This document shows, in pieces, positions 30,861 to 43,913 of a stretch of 64,000 nucleotides of DNA (positions within the stretch are counted from its first letter, which is position 1; every line of letters starts with the position of its first letter). Made by a program: the position numbers and the translations under genes. The stretch lies in assembly GCA_965277405.1 (NCBI GenBank), contig OZ255726.1, positions 992,001-1,056,000 on the forward strand, written 5' to 3'. The notes beneath the pieces are model-generated. The model ran no database searches, was not told the origin of the DNA, and worked only from the letters and a program-made list of their open reading frames with translations. Source of the DNA: Gammaproteobacteria bacterium. GTDB taxonomy: Bacteria; Pseudomonadota; Gammaproteobacteria; G965277405.

Positions 30861-31681
30861 GGCGCTAATTGTTTAATATTACAAGGCATTGATATGTCGA
30901 CTGTGCCAGTATACACGGTTGCAGTTGGACCAATAAGATAAATTCTGTCTTCGGTCACCTCAACCTCTAACGTACCACCCTTAACAACAACACTAATTGC
31001 TGCTACCTGGTTGTTAGTATGGTGCTGTAAATACACCCAAGCACAAGCGACTGCATTTGTCCCACATGCTCGTGTTTCACCAACCCCGCGTTCATGGGTT
31101 CTTAAGGCAATGCCGTGTTGTAGCTTGGTGAATATGCCAAGATTAATGTCTTCACCAATACTGTCTGCATAGTGTTTTTGCAGATGTGTTTTTAATGCGT
31201 TTAATGGAAAATTATCGATGGCTGTGCCGATATATATTATTGCATGCGGATTATTTGTTGTGAGAACACACATACTAAAGTCACCCCACGGTGTTGTAAC
31301 TTTTATTGCCTTGTTCTGCAATTTAGGCAGTGTAAACTGTACGGATAACCGCGTATCTTTGCGTGAAACATATAATAGCTCGTCTGCTAAATCAAAGGTC
31401 AGTTTTGGCTTATTGCTCAGTGCAAATTGATACACAAAATCCGCAATACAGCGGGCGCCATTGCCGCAGTTTTTTGCTTGACTGCCATCATGGTTATATA
31501 TCGTATACAAAAAATCTGCATCAAGACGATTCGGCGGTGATATAATTAACCATTGATCAAAACCAATGCCAGTATACCGATCAGCTAATTCAACTATTAC
31601 CCTTGCATCTAAATCCAATGTGTTGGTAAACGCTGTAACAATAAAATCGTTACCTGCTCCATGCATTTTGCAAAATTTCAC
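30857..31681 (-). CDS. dapF: Diaminopimelate epimerase
   Basis: [28 protein letters not shown]. Confidence 0.95.
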   Translation of the reverse strand: MKFCKMHGAGNDFIVTAFTNTLDLDARVIVELADRYTGIGFDQWLIISPPNRLDADFLYTIYNHDGSQAKNCGNGARCIADFVYQFALSNKPKLTFDLADELLYVSRKDTRLSVQFTLPKLQNKAIKVTTPWGDFSMCVLTTNNPHAIIYIGTAIDNFPLNALKTHLQKHYADSIGEDINLGIFTKLQHGIALRTHERGVGETRACGTNAVACAWVYLQHHTNNQVAAISVVVKGGTLEVEVTEDRIYLIGPTATVYTGTVDISMPCNIKQLAP

Positions 31682-31729
31682 TATCGCCTTTGCTGCGTCT
31701 TGCCCATCATGGCCATACGCTGCGGCTGC

Positions 31730-34613
<2,884 letters not shown>

Positions 34614-34668
34614 AAAAAAGCGGAGGGTAAAAGGTATATATGGCATAGTTTTTTTGTTTTTTTCCTGT

Positions 34669-35778
34669 TTATATTAGTAACGGCATAATCACAAACCTGC
34701 TGTTTTGATTATCAGCTTCTTCAAGCAGCACTCTATCATGTCCGCCACCCATCTTAACTATACATTGTTTGCTGTCCATGGCGTTCAGAACATCTATAAC
34801 ATAGTCAACACTAAAGCTTGGCTCAATCGTTGCCCCTTGATATTCTCCATCCATCGATGAATAAGCTGATTCGCCAAACACATTTGCTGCACGCACTGTA
34901 ATAGGTTGGTTGGCATCTAAACTGATGGTTATTCCCCTTGGCTTGTCGTTTGAAAGAACAGATGTTATTTTAAGTTTTTGTTTGAGCAAAGCCACGTCAA
35001 CAATCAATTCGTTTGAATTATCGGTTGGAATAACGTCATTATAGTTTGGATATTCGCCTTCTAATGTTTTACAAACAAAAAAGAGGGAAGGGGTTGTAAT
35101 CGCCACGGAGTTTTCAAACACCTGTAATTCGATCAATTCCTCTGTATCTTGTAATTGTTTATACAGCTCAATAATGCCTTTTCTTGGAACAATCGCGTTA
35201 ATCGGCGTATTGTCAGCCCGATCAACATCTGTACTACAATACGATAAGCGATGGCCGTCGGTTGATATGGCGCGGAGCGATCCATTCCTACATTCAAACA
35301 GCAGTCCGTTCAAATAATGACGAACATCTTGATACCCCATCGAGAAACTTGTTTTTCTGATTAAATACCACAGCTTGGATTGACTAATACTGATTTTTGT
35401 CTGTTCTTGCTCTTCCAAAACAAACAAGGGGAACTCAGATGGTGGCAGGCAAACCAAAGAGTAATGAGAGTCAATTGTTGTAAGTTCAACATTTTTTTCT
35501 TTGAATGAAAACGTAATATCTCCATCTTGCGGTATTCCTCGTACTATTTCTAATAATTTTCTTGCAGAAACGGTTATTTGCAAATCATCTGTATCGACAT
35601 CCAATAATATGCTTGCTTGCAGCTGTACTTCTATATTTGTTGCCGTAATAATTAAACGATTGTTTTTTACTTCTATGTGTGCATTTGCCAAAATTGGCAT
35701 GGTTTGGCTCTTTTCTACTACACCAACGACAGTCTGCAGCGGTTGAAGTAATGCGTTTTGAGCAATGGTCAGCTGCAT
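34669..35778 (-). CDS. dnaN: DNA polymerase III beta sliding clamp
   Basis: QTMPILAN, QDVRHYLNG, STDGHRL, IVPRKG, VIMP. Confidence 0.97.
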   Translation of the reverse strand: MQLTIAQNALLQPLQTVVGVVEKSQTMPILANAHIEVKNNRLIITATNIEVQLQASILLDVDTDDLQITVSARKLLEIVRGIPQDGDITFSFKEKNVELTTIDSHYSLVCLPPSEFPLFVLEEQEQTKISISQSKLWYLIRKTSFSMGYQDVRHYLNGLLFECRNGSLRAISTDGHRLSYCSTDVDRADNTPINAIVPRKGIIELYKQLQDTEELIELQVFENSVAITTPSLFFVCKTLEGEYPNYNDVIPTDNSNELIVDVALLKQKLKITSVLSNDKPRGITISLDANQPITVRAANVFGESAYSSMDGEYQGATIEPSFSVDYVIDVLNAMDSKQCIVKMGGGHDRVLLEEADNQNSRFVIMPLLI

Positions 35779-35902
35779 TTTGGTTCCACGGTGTTTGGGT
35801 TAATAGAGAAGTGTGTGGTTATTTAATTGTAATTGTTATTGTGGTTGTTTTGATTTAAAAAAAGGCTTGCGCTATCTTACATATAATACTGTTTTTTGAA
35901 AA

Positions 35903-37225
35903 CTATGTGGATATCATTTTTTCAAGAATTTGATAATCTTTTGCTAAGCCTTGATCTGTCTTAAGTAAGTCTTTAATTTTCTTTGTTGCATGAATAACCG
36001 TCGTATGGTCTCTGTTGCCAAAATTTTTACCAATTTCGGGAAAACTCATAGAAGTATATTGTTTTGTTAATGACATCGCAAGTTGCCGTGGTCGAACAAT
36101 TGTTCTTGTTCGTCCACCACCTAATAAATCAATAATTCTAACCTTAAAATACTCTGCCACGAGCTTTTGAATTTCTTCAACTGTAATAATAATGGTGTGG
36201 TATGAAAACAACTCGTCTAAAGCATGTTGTGCTATATCCGCTGAAATATGCTTTGTTCCCACCAGTTCAACAGCAATTGATCGCAAGGTAATCAACGCGC
36301 CCTCCAATTCACGCACGTTAGATTTAATTTTATGTGCGATAAGATATGCAACATCATCATCCATTGACAGTTGTAAATCTTTAGCTTTTCTTAATAGTAT
36401 TTCAACGCGTGTTTCATATTCAGGCGGCTGTATTCTAATAGATACGCCCATTCCAAGTCGCGATTTTATTCTATCTTCTAAGTTGTTTATTTTTTTTGGA
36501 TACTGATCTGAAGTAAATACAAGTATTTTGTTGTTATCGAGCAACGTGTTGAATGTATAGAAAAACTCTTCCTGTGTTTTTTCCTTGGATGATAAAAAAT
36601 GAACATCATCTAACAATAGCACATCTGTTTTACGATAATACGCATCAAATCTATCCATACATTTATTTTGTAAAGAAAAAATCATGTCGCGCATGAATTT
36701 TTCAGCCCGCGTGAATGCTACTTTTTTTTGGGGTGACTCGTGCAAAATTTGATTATAGATAGCGCTTAATAAATGGGTTTTTCCCAGCCCACTTGCGCCG
36801 TAAATAAGCAGAGGATTTGCTGCCATTTTATTTTGTAAAGCTGTGTTTTCTGCGGCAATGTATGCAACTTGGTTAGAATTTCCTTTTACAAAAGAACCAA
36901 AAGTGTTTTCTGCTTTTACATTTTCTTCAATACCATATAAATTACTGAGTAATTGTTGTTGTTTGTTCGGGGTTCTTGCTTGAATTTTCCAGGATGTCTG
37001 TGTTTTCATCTCATTTGATAAAGCAACACAGACAGCATCCAATATAGTTCCAATATTAGACCTATCGCCAGCAACGCGCGTTAAAACAAAAACTATCGAT
37101 GATTTAGTGTGTGAAAAAGAAATATTCGCGTGTTCTAGTTGAGATGGTATTTTTCCATTTATTTCAATAATTTTGTGCAAGAATCTCTCAATATTTAGCT
37201 GTTTTTCGGTTTCTTGTAGATCCAT
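35903..37225 (-). CDS. dnaA: Chromosomal replication initiator (divergent domain I)
   Basis: NPLLIYGASGLGKTHL, LLLDDV, TQEEFF, NVRELEGAL, RPRQLAM, RDHTTVIHA. Confidence 0.98.
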   Translation of the reverse strand: MDLQETEKQLNIERFLHKIIEINGKIPSQLEHANISFSHTKSSIVFVLTRVAGDRSNIGTILDAVCVALSNEMKTQTSWKIQARTPNKQQQLLSNLYGIEENVKAENTFGSFVKGNSNQVAYIAAENTALQNKMAANPLLIYGASGLGKTHLLSAIYNQILHESPQKKVAFTRAEKFMRDMIFSLQNKCMDRFDAYYRKTDVLLLDDVHFLSSKEKTQEEFFYTFNTLLDNNKILVFTSDQYPKKINNLEDRIKSRLGMGVSIRIQPPEYETRVEILLRKAKDLQLSMDDDVAYLIAHKIKSNVRELEGALITLRSIAVELVGTKHISADIAQHALDELFSYHTIIITVEEIQKLVAEYFKVRIIDLLGGGRTRTIVRPRQLAMSLTKQYTSMSFPEIGKNFGNRDHTTVIHATKKIKDLLKTDQGLAKDYQILEKMIST

Positions 37226-37489
37226 AATTTTAGGATAAATGTAATATATTAAACGGGTGATTTATAAAAAAACATAAAAACGATCATAGGTATAAATAGC
37301 TTTGATTTTTAAAAGTTATGCATCACCAATATCATCAAGGCCATTTTTACATTACTTAGAAAAACAGATGAAAATTGTTTAAATAAAAAAACATTACTGA
37401 CAAAGTGTTAAAGGTTATTTTCATCAAGTTTGCGACTATATCTGATTTTTTAAACATATCTTTCCGTTTTAGTGTTAAGAATAACCATA

Positions 37490-37766
37490 GAAATCCTTTG
37501 ATTAATTCCATGCTGGTCGAGACCGTAAAAAACCGATGATAGAACTTAAACATAATGTGCAGCGACTAGTGGCGATATTATCCAATGCTACAACAACATT
37601 AGCGCATAGCGTTTTTTCGTATATCTGTTGAATATACTTGCTGTTAGTGACAACTGCTTAAACTTGCTGTGTTGCAACCTTTTATGTATATGCTACGGCA
37701 TGCGCCTTGCAATTCTCAACAATTCTCAACAAAATCACTCCATCAACGAGTTAATCTGCGGTTTCA
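37490..37766 (-). mobile_element. Full-length degenerate MITE copy between dnaA and the DnaA-box cluster
   Basis: Both ends present (tttgattaattccatgctggtcgag; catcaacgagttaatc); the minus strand contains gcaaggcgcatgccgtagcatatac..gcaacacagcaagt..tatattcaacag..gaaaaaacgcta. Confidence 0.8.
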
Positions 37767-37819
37767 TAGTAATCTATGGTACAGCATAGCCACTTAACAG
37801 CAGATTAGTAGCTTAAATC

Positions 37820-38020
37820 TAATTTTCTGTGGATAGTTTATAGTTATCAACAGGAAAACCGTTACACTAAACTAGATTTATCCAGTATTTGACTTCTATT
37901 CGGTACTTATCCACAAGTAATACACAACATAATTATTTTATAACATTATAAAATGCTAATATTCAACAGGACTTTTTTTAGATATCCACAAAAATCCAGT
38001 CAACTACTACAACTATAATT
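37820..38020. other. Predicted oriC
   Basis: DnaA boxes TGTGGATAG 37828, TTATCAACA 37844, TTATCCACA 37907, TAATACACA 37918 and ATATCCACA 37982; AT-rich tract 37930-37960; trio-like CAACTACTACAACTA at 38001; upstream of dnaA; gene orientation flips here. Confidence 0.85.
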
Positions 38021-39250
38021 ATGTATCAAGAATATATAATATTTATTGTAGTATTGACATTATTGTTGATATCTGCTTTTTTTTCAGGAAGTGAAACAGC
38101 ATTTTTTGCAATAAGACAACATGATATTAATAAACTTAATTCTGTTAATCAATCAAAGCTAAAAAATTTATTGGCAAAGCCTGATCAATTTCTAACTGGT
38201 ATTTTACTTGGAAACAATGTTGTTAACATTGGGCTAGCATCAATTGTTACATTATGGATAAGTAATAATTTTGGTAATGAATATATCCCAATTGGTTCAA
38301 TTTTATTAACAACACTACTGTTAATTTTTTGTGAAATAACACCAAAAACATATGCTGCTTATCAGCCATTTTGTTTTGTAAAAAATATATCATTACCAAT
38401 ATTACCTACTATTCTTCGTTTTATGTTGCCGTTGTCCTGGTTGATTAACTTTGCCAGCACTAAAATATTACTACGCTCTTTAATTAATAGTAATTTACAA
38501 CGACACTTAACAATGTTAGATATACGCGGTTTTGTTGCTGACTCTGGCTCTATTTTAACAAAACAACACAGCCAAATGTTGACAGCTTTATTAGATATGC
38601 AAAGTATTCTGGTAGAAGATGTAATGCAGCCATTACCAGCACTCGAAAGTCTTGATTTTTCGTTGGATATTCAACAAATACATTCAATATTAATTAACTG
38701 CAAACACCAGCAAATTGTTGTTTGGGATCAAACAGTACAAAATGTAATTGGTGTTTTAAGTATGCGGAAAATTCGTCATTTATACAATAAAACGTTCATT
38801 CATGATGATTTGTTAAAGTTGTTTTCTGACCCGGTTTTTGTACCAAATAATGTAGCGCTGTTTGTTCAGTTCCAAAAGTTTCAACAAGATATTTATGATA
38901 TAGGGTTGGTGGTAAATGAATTTGGAAACATTGTTGGATTTTTAACTTTAAAAGATATCATCGATGAAATTGTCCAAGACTTAGATAGTTTGCAAGAATT
39001 TAAAAAAAAAGTCCAGTTACGTTATGATGGTACTTTTGTTGTAAATGGAAATATTACTATTCGTGAACTGAATCGTGAGCTTGAATGGAAATTACCAACT
39101 AATGGACCAAAAACAATTGGTGGTTTAATTATAGAAGCCCTAGAAGATATACCGCAAGCTAATGCATCAATTCAAATTGATAACTATAGATTTGAAACAA
39201 TTCGCGTCGATAAAAAAGGTATTCGTCGTGTAAAAATTTGGCAGATATAA
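38021..39250 (+). CDS. CNNM/HlyC-CorC family Mg2+/Co2+ transporter (DUF21-CBS-CorC)
   Basis: SAFFSGSETA, ILLGNNVVN, CEITPKT, VVNEFG, TIGGLI. Confidence 0.93.
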   Translation: MYQEYIIFIVVLTLLLISAFFSGSETAFFAIRQHDINKLNSVNQSKLKNLLAKPDQFLTGILLGNNVVNIGLASIVTLWISNNFGNEYIPIGSILLTTLLLIFCEITPKTYAAYQPFCFVKNISLPILPTILRFMLPLSWLINFASTKILLRSLINSNLQRHLTMLDIRGFVADSGSILTKQHSQMLTALLDMQSILVEDVMQPLPALESLDFSLDIQQIHSILINCKHQQIVVWDQTVQNVIGVLSMRKIRHLYNKTFIHDDLLKLFSDPVFVPNNVALFVQFQKFQQDIYDIGLVVNEFGNIVGFLTLKDIIDEIVQDLDSLQEFKKKVQLRYDGTFVVNGNITIRELNRELEWKLPTNGPKTIGGLIIEALEDIPQANASIQIDNYRFETIRVDKKGIRRVKIWQI

Positions 39251-39257
39251 ACTTCGG

Positions 39258-39818
39258 ATGACATACAATATTGAAGCGTTTTTTTCAGCAATAACTGTGA
39301 GTAACCTTGTTTTATATATGTGTTTAGGACTGTGTCCTATTACCGTTGGACCTGCGAAAAGCAAAGGTTTGTTAGCCCTAGGTTGTGCTAGTTTTGTGGT
39401 TATTGTAGTAACGGTACCAATTGCACAAATATTGTATAATTATGTTTTGCTATCGAATCAACTCCATTTTATGCGCGGATTATTTGCTATGATGTTAATA
39501 GCGACCGTTGTGCAAGTAATAGATTTTTTTTTACGGACGTTTTTGCCATCAATCCATTTAAAATTAGGAATATATATAACCCTAGTTGCTTCAAATTGTG
39601 GTGTTCTTGCAACGGCTTTATTGCTGCAACAAAAGTCGTTTTTACAAGCAATATATCAAGCTGCCGCTATAGCAATTGGGTTTTATTGTGTTGTATGGGT
39701 GGTTCAAAGCCATAGCAAAAAACTTTGTTTAGAAAACAAAACAGCAAATATAGTTTGTACTTTATTGTCGCTAGGAACAGCAGCTTTGGCGTTAATGGGG
39801 TTTGCGGCCGTAATATGA
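39258..39818 (+). CDS. rnfA: Rnf/Rsx electron transport subunit A
   Basis: NLVL..CLGLCP, IATVVQ, LGIYITLVASNCGVL, LALMGF. Confidence 0.88.
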   Translation: MTYNIEAFFSAITVSNLVLYMCLGLCPITVGPAKSKGLLALGCASFVVIVVTVPIAQILYNYVLLSNQLHFMRGLFAMMLIATVVQVIDFFLRTFLPSIHLKLGIYITLVASNCGVLATALLLQQKSFLQAIYQAAAIAIGFYCVVWVVQSHSKKLCLENKTANIVCTLLSLGTAALALMGFAAVI

Positions 39819-40291
39819 TTGTTGTTTTTGCTGCCATTGTTGGAATAATCATCGCTGCCATTGCTTGGTTAGTTGATGATAAAAGCCATTCAGCGCCCAA
39901 TACTGTTGTAGCACTAATCAATATTGAGTTACCACAACTTCAATGCGGTCTGTGCAACCACGCTAGTTGCCTATTATACGCAAAGGCAATAGTAAACAAT
40001 AAAGAAACAATGAACAAGTGCACACCTGGTGGTACGGCATTGGTTGCTAGACTTGCAAATATAATAGGTGAAACAAACCAATCAACAGATAACGGGTTAC
40101 CTTTGCCACTACTACCTGTCGCCATACAAGAAAACAGCTGTATTGGTTGTACTGTGTGTTTAGAACATTGTCCGGTTGATGCTATTGTTGGTGCCCAAGG
40201 GCTATTACACACAATAATACAAGAGAAATGTACTGCTTGCGGCCTATGTGTTAAACCATGTCCTGTCGACTGCATTGTTTCATTGCAATGA
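39815..40291 (+). CDS. rnfB: Rnf/Rsx subunit B (Fe-S)
   Basis: LPQLQCGLC..C..YA..CTPGG, CIGCTVCLEHCPVDAI, CTACGLCVKPCPVDCI. Confidence 0.93.
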   Translation: MIVVFAAIVGIIIAAIAWLVDDKSHSAPNTVVALINIELPQLQCGLCNHASCLLYAKAIVNNKETMNKCTPGGTALVARLANIIGETNQSTDNGLPLPLLPVAIQENSCIGCTVCLEHCPVDAIVGAQGLLHTIIQEKCTACGLCVKPCPVDCIVSLQ

Positions 40292-41667
40292 ATATTGATC
40301 CGTTTCATGCGCTGCAGCAGTCGAGAGAATCAGCCTGGAAGAGTTTATACCTAGCTATAACACCTTCTGCAGAACAACAAGCAGCTTACTATCAGTTAGA
40401 CTCGGTCGCAACCGCTCCATATTCTCTCGAATACGGTCAAAACATATTGTTGCAACACGGTTCCATGAACAAAAGCCCTGCAAGCGGGGTTGCAAAATGT
40501 ACGCAAGGAGAACAACAGTCAACAATAATTAACATCCAACAAGCAGAATACCCAACAATAAAACATGTTCCATGTGAAACATTCGAGTGGTGGCGGCGGC
40601 TGAATCAGTCTGGCGTTGCAGGCCGTGGGGGAGCCGGTTTTTCTTTACAAAAAAAACTACATTGGTTTGCTGACCAAGCGCCGCGGCACGTGGTTGTGAA
40701 CGCAATAGAATGTGATGAAAACATTAAGAATGACGACTGGTTGATTAACAACCATTTACCAGCAATACAGGCGGCAACGCAACAGTGGCAAAGACATTTG
40801 AGTGAAAAATATCAACACCCAGTCCCAATAACAATTATTAGTAAAAACAAGCATCAAAGAATAAGACTGATTCAAACAGCTGGGGTGGCTGTTGTTCTTG
40901 GGGATTATGTTTATCCACAAGGCGCAGAGCGAGCGGTGCTTGCAACCTTACAACTGGTTGCTGCCCAGGCGTTTGTTGGCAATGCTGCTGAACACAATAT
41001 TTTGAGTATTAATTTACAAACATTCGTTTGGGCGGCTTTTGCTGGCTGCCACGAACAACCTTTGCTAAGCCGTGTTATAACCCTGAACGCTAAGCACCAA
41101 CAAACAGTGCGTCACTTACCGCTAGGTGTGCCATTGCGGGCATTGTCAATAGTTGGGGTGGCTGGGCGTGTTGGTTTACAGCAAGCTGATATATCGTTTA
41201 CAACAGCTATACCGTTGCCGCCGCAACAACATAAACAACAGCAGCCGTGTGTTGGCTGCGGTGCTTGTGATGAGGTTTGTCCAGCAAAACCGTTTTCACC
41301 GCAACACGCGCTACGCCGTATATCTGCTGCTGTGTTAGAGCAGTGCTGGCAATGTGGTCTTTGTGATGATGTCTGCCCTTCGCAAATACCCCTTACTGAA
41401 ATATTTAAACAGGCATTACAACGGCAACGCAAGCAACACCAAGACAGCCAACAGGCAGAACGTTATTTATTGCAGCACCAACTGCATCAACAACGAACAA
41501 TAGGTGCGGCAACACGGGGTCAACAACCCATACAGCAACAACCGCATGTCGTGGAAAAAACCGCACAGCAAATAACCCTACAACGCGCATTACGCAACGC
41601 AAAAAAATCTAACAACAGCAGCGCAATAGCCAGAATTAATCAACAGCTGCAACAATATAATGCCTGA
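40288..41667 (+). CDS. rnfC: Divergent Rnf/Rsx subunit C
   Basis: SPASG, GVAGRGGAGF, NAIECD, YPQGAER, CVGCGACDEVCP, CWQCGLCDDVCPSQIPL. Confidence 0.82.
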   Translation: MNIDPFHALQQSRESAWKSLYLAITPSAEQQAAYYQLDSVATAPYSLEYGQNILLQHGSMNKSPASGVAKCTQGEQQSTIINIQQAEYPTIKHVPCETFEWWRRLNQSGVAGRGGAGFSLQKKLHWFADQAPRHVVVNAIECDENIKNDDWLINNHLPAIQAATQQWQRHLSEKYQHPVPITIISKNKHQRIRLIQTAGVAVVLGDYVYPQGAERAVLATLQLVAAQAFVGNAAEHNILSINLQTFVWAAFAGCHEQPLLSRVITLNAKHQQTVRHLPLGVPLRALSIVGVAGRVGLQQADISFTTAIPLPPQQHKQQQPCVGCGACDEVCPAKPFSPQHALRRISAAVLEQCWQCGLCDDVCPSQIPLTEIFKQALQRQRKQHQDSQQAERYLLQHQLHQQRTIGAATRGQQPIQQQPHVVEKTAQQITLQRALRNAKKSNNSSAIARINQQLQQYNA

Positions 41668-42475
41668 ACTACCAGAGGTTGAGACCAGTAAAAAAGCCAT
41701 GGTTTCCTACTTGTTGCAACAGCCAATCATACAAGTAAACGCTTACAGACCAACCTTGCGTTACCCAATAGCAGTAAAAATTCAAAAACTAGCTAACAGT
41801 GTTTTGGTTGACGTAACCCGGCGGGCGAAATATCTGATTGTAACCTTCGTTAAAAAAAAACAACAACAACAGTTGATTATTCATTTAGGTATGTCTGGTA
41901 GCCTACGGGTAGATGCGAGGGCAACAGCGCGACGTAAACACGATCATGTTGAATTTATATTTGCCAATAATATCTTGCGCTACCATGACCCAAGAAGATT
42001 TGGCTGCATTTGTTGGTTTGATACAGCTTGGCAGCAACGGCTACAACGTCTTGGAGTAGAGCCGTTGTCTGATGCCTGTAGTCCTAAATATATGTTTTCA
42101 AAAACACAGGTTTCGCAGCGATTGATAAAACCATTGCTAATGGATCAAAGTATAGTTGTTGGGATAGGCAATATTTATGCGAACGAGGCTTTATTTCGTG
42201 CTGGTGTATTACCGCAAACACCAGCAAAGCTACTTTCTTACCAGCAATGTGTTGCTATTATCCAAGAGATAAAATATATACTTGATGCAGCAATATCTGT
42301 AGGAGGAACAACGTTAAAAGACTTTGTGTCTGGAAACGGAAAACCAGGGTATTTTGCTCAGCAGTTATTTGTATATGGGCGTGCTAACCAGCCGTGCTAT
42401 CGGTGTGGTACTAGTCTGCAAACTATCAAACAATCCCAACGGGCGTCATTTTTTTGTAGCGTTTGTCAAATCTAA
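41660..42475 (+). CDS. mutM: Formamidopyrimidine-DNA glycosylase
   Basis: MPELPEVET, RRAKYL, HLGMSG, DPRRFG, GIGNIYANE, C-terminal Zn finger. Confidence 0.98.
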   Translation: MPELPEVETSKKAMVSYLLQQPIIQVNAYRPTLRYPIAVKIQKLANSVLVDVTRRAKYLIVTFVKKKQQQQLIIHLGMSGSLRVDARATARRKHDHVEFIFANNILRYHDPRRFGCICWFDTAWQQRLQRLGVEPLSDACSPKYMFSKTQVSQRLIKPLLMDQSIVVGIGNIYANEALFRAGVLPQTPAKLLSYQQCVAIIQEIKYILDAAISVGGTTLKDFVSGNGKPGYFAQQLFVYGRANQPCYRCGTSLQTIKQSQRASFFCSVCQI

Positions 42476-42497
42476 CAAATCGGAACAATAAGCAATA

Positions 42498-43913
42498 GTG
42501 AATAATAAAACATTTAGCAAAACATCAATGTGGGGCGGGCGTTTTGATCAACATGCGGAAAAATCTATTGTAGAATTCAACGCGTCGATTCATTTTGACA
42601 AGCGACTGTATCAAGAAGACGTTGCAGGCTCTATAGCACATACGACAATGTTGGCTGAAGTTGGAATTCTCACAACAGCAGAATCAGAACAAATTATAAC
42701 TGGGTTGCAACAGGCAAAGCAAAAAATACAAAAAGGTGAAGTTGTTTGGAGCAGCGCTGATGAAGATATTCATATGGCAGTAGAGCGGATAGTAACAGAG
42801 TCGGTTGGTGAGGTTGGCAAAAAAATGCATACGGCTCGCTCCCGTAATGATCAGGTGGCAACCGATATTCGACTCCATCTTAAAACACATATTCATGTTA
42901 TTGCTAAACATTTATTACAGATGATGCAGGTACTAACGGAAACAGCAACTAAGTATGCGACAGTGGCAATGCCTGGGTTTACCCACTTACAACCAGCTCA
43001 ACCAATTACATTTGGCCATCACCTATTGGCATGGTATTCGATGGTTGAACGTGATTATCAAAGGTTATGTGAGGTATACCAACGAGTAGATGTTTCTCCT
43101 TTAGGCAGCGGAGCTTTAGCAGGAACGCCGCATCCAATTAATAGAAAATTAAGCGCAGACCTACTAAATTTTTCAACCATATCAAATAACTCACTAGACG
43201 CGGTTAGTGATAGAGATTTTGCAATAGATTTTTGTTATTTTGTGGCGATGACCTTGATGCATTTATCAAGATGGTGTGAGGAAATGATTATATGGTCGTC
43301 ACCATTGTTTGGATTTATTGATCTTCCAGACAGTCACTGCACCGGCTCATCGATGATGCCGCAGAAAAAAAATCCTGATGTGGCGGAACTTGTCCGCGGT
43401 AAAACAGCACGCACATATGGGAGCGTCATGGCGTTATTGACCTTGATGAAAGGGCAGCCATTAGCGTATAACAAAGATAATCAGGAAGATAAGGAGCCCT
43501 TGTTTGATTCAATTGATACCGTTGAGTCAGTGCTACCAGCCATGATAAGCATGGTTGCTGTGATGACACCAAACGCTAAAAAAATGCGAGCGGCATTGCA
43601 TCACGGCCACGTCGCAGCGACTGATTTGGCGGACTATTTAGTAGGTAAAGGAGTAGCGTTTCGCGATGCGCATCACAGTGTTGGGGTGCTGGTTACTTTG
43701 GCGATCAAACAACATAAAAGTCTTGAAGAGCTATCAATTACTGAATTTCAATCAGTGAATAAAAACATTGATGAAGACGTGTACCAACACATCACGGTGG
43801 AGGCGATGCTTGCAGCTCGCAACCATACTGGAGGTACTGCACCGCAACAGGTTTTGTTACAATGTAATCTTGCAACAGAGCACATAGCATCACAGCAGGA
43901 ACGTTGGCAGTGA
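42498..43913 (+). CDS. argH: Argininosuccinate lyase
   Basis: WGGRF, EDIH, HTARSRNDQ, PGFTHLQ, GSSMMPQKKNPD. Confidence 0.98.
   Translation: MNNKTFSKTSMWGGRFDQHAEKSIVEFNASIHFDKRLYQEDVAGSIAHTTMLAEVGILTTAESEQIITGLQQAKQKIQKGEVVWSSADEDIHMAVERIVTESVGEVGKKMHTARSRNDQVATDIRLHLKTHIHVIAKHLLQMMQVLTETATKYATVAMPGFTHLQPAQPITFGHHLLAWYSMVERDYQRLCEVYQRVDVSPLGSGALAGTPHPINRKLSADLLNFSTISNNSLDAVSDRDFAIDFCYFVAMTLMHLSRWCEEMIIWSSPLFGFIDLPDSHCTGSSMMPQKKNPDVAELVRGKTARTYGSVMALLTLMKGQPLAYNKDNQEDKEPLFDSIDTVESVLPAMISMVAVMTPNAKKMRAALHHGHVAATDLADYLVGKGVAFRDAHHSVGVLVTLAIKQHKSLEELSITEFQSVNKNIDEDVYQHITVEAMLAARNHTGGTAPQQVLLQCNLATEHIASQQERWQ

Noticed and set aside
35779-35914. oriC in the dnaA-dnaN spacer
   Set aside because: Only one good box (TGTGGATAT, 35906) and one weak one; the cluster at 37.8-38.0 kb is far stronger, although a bipartite origin is not excluded
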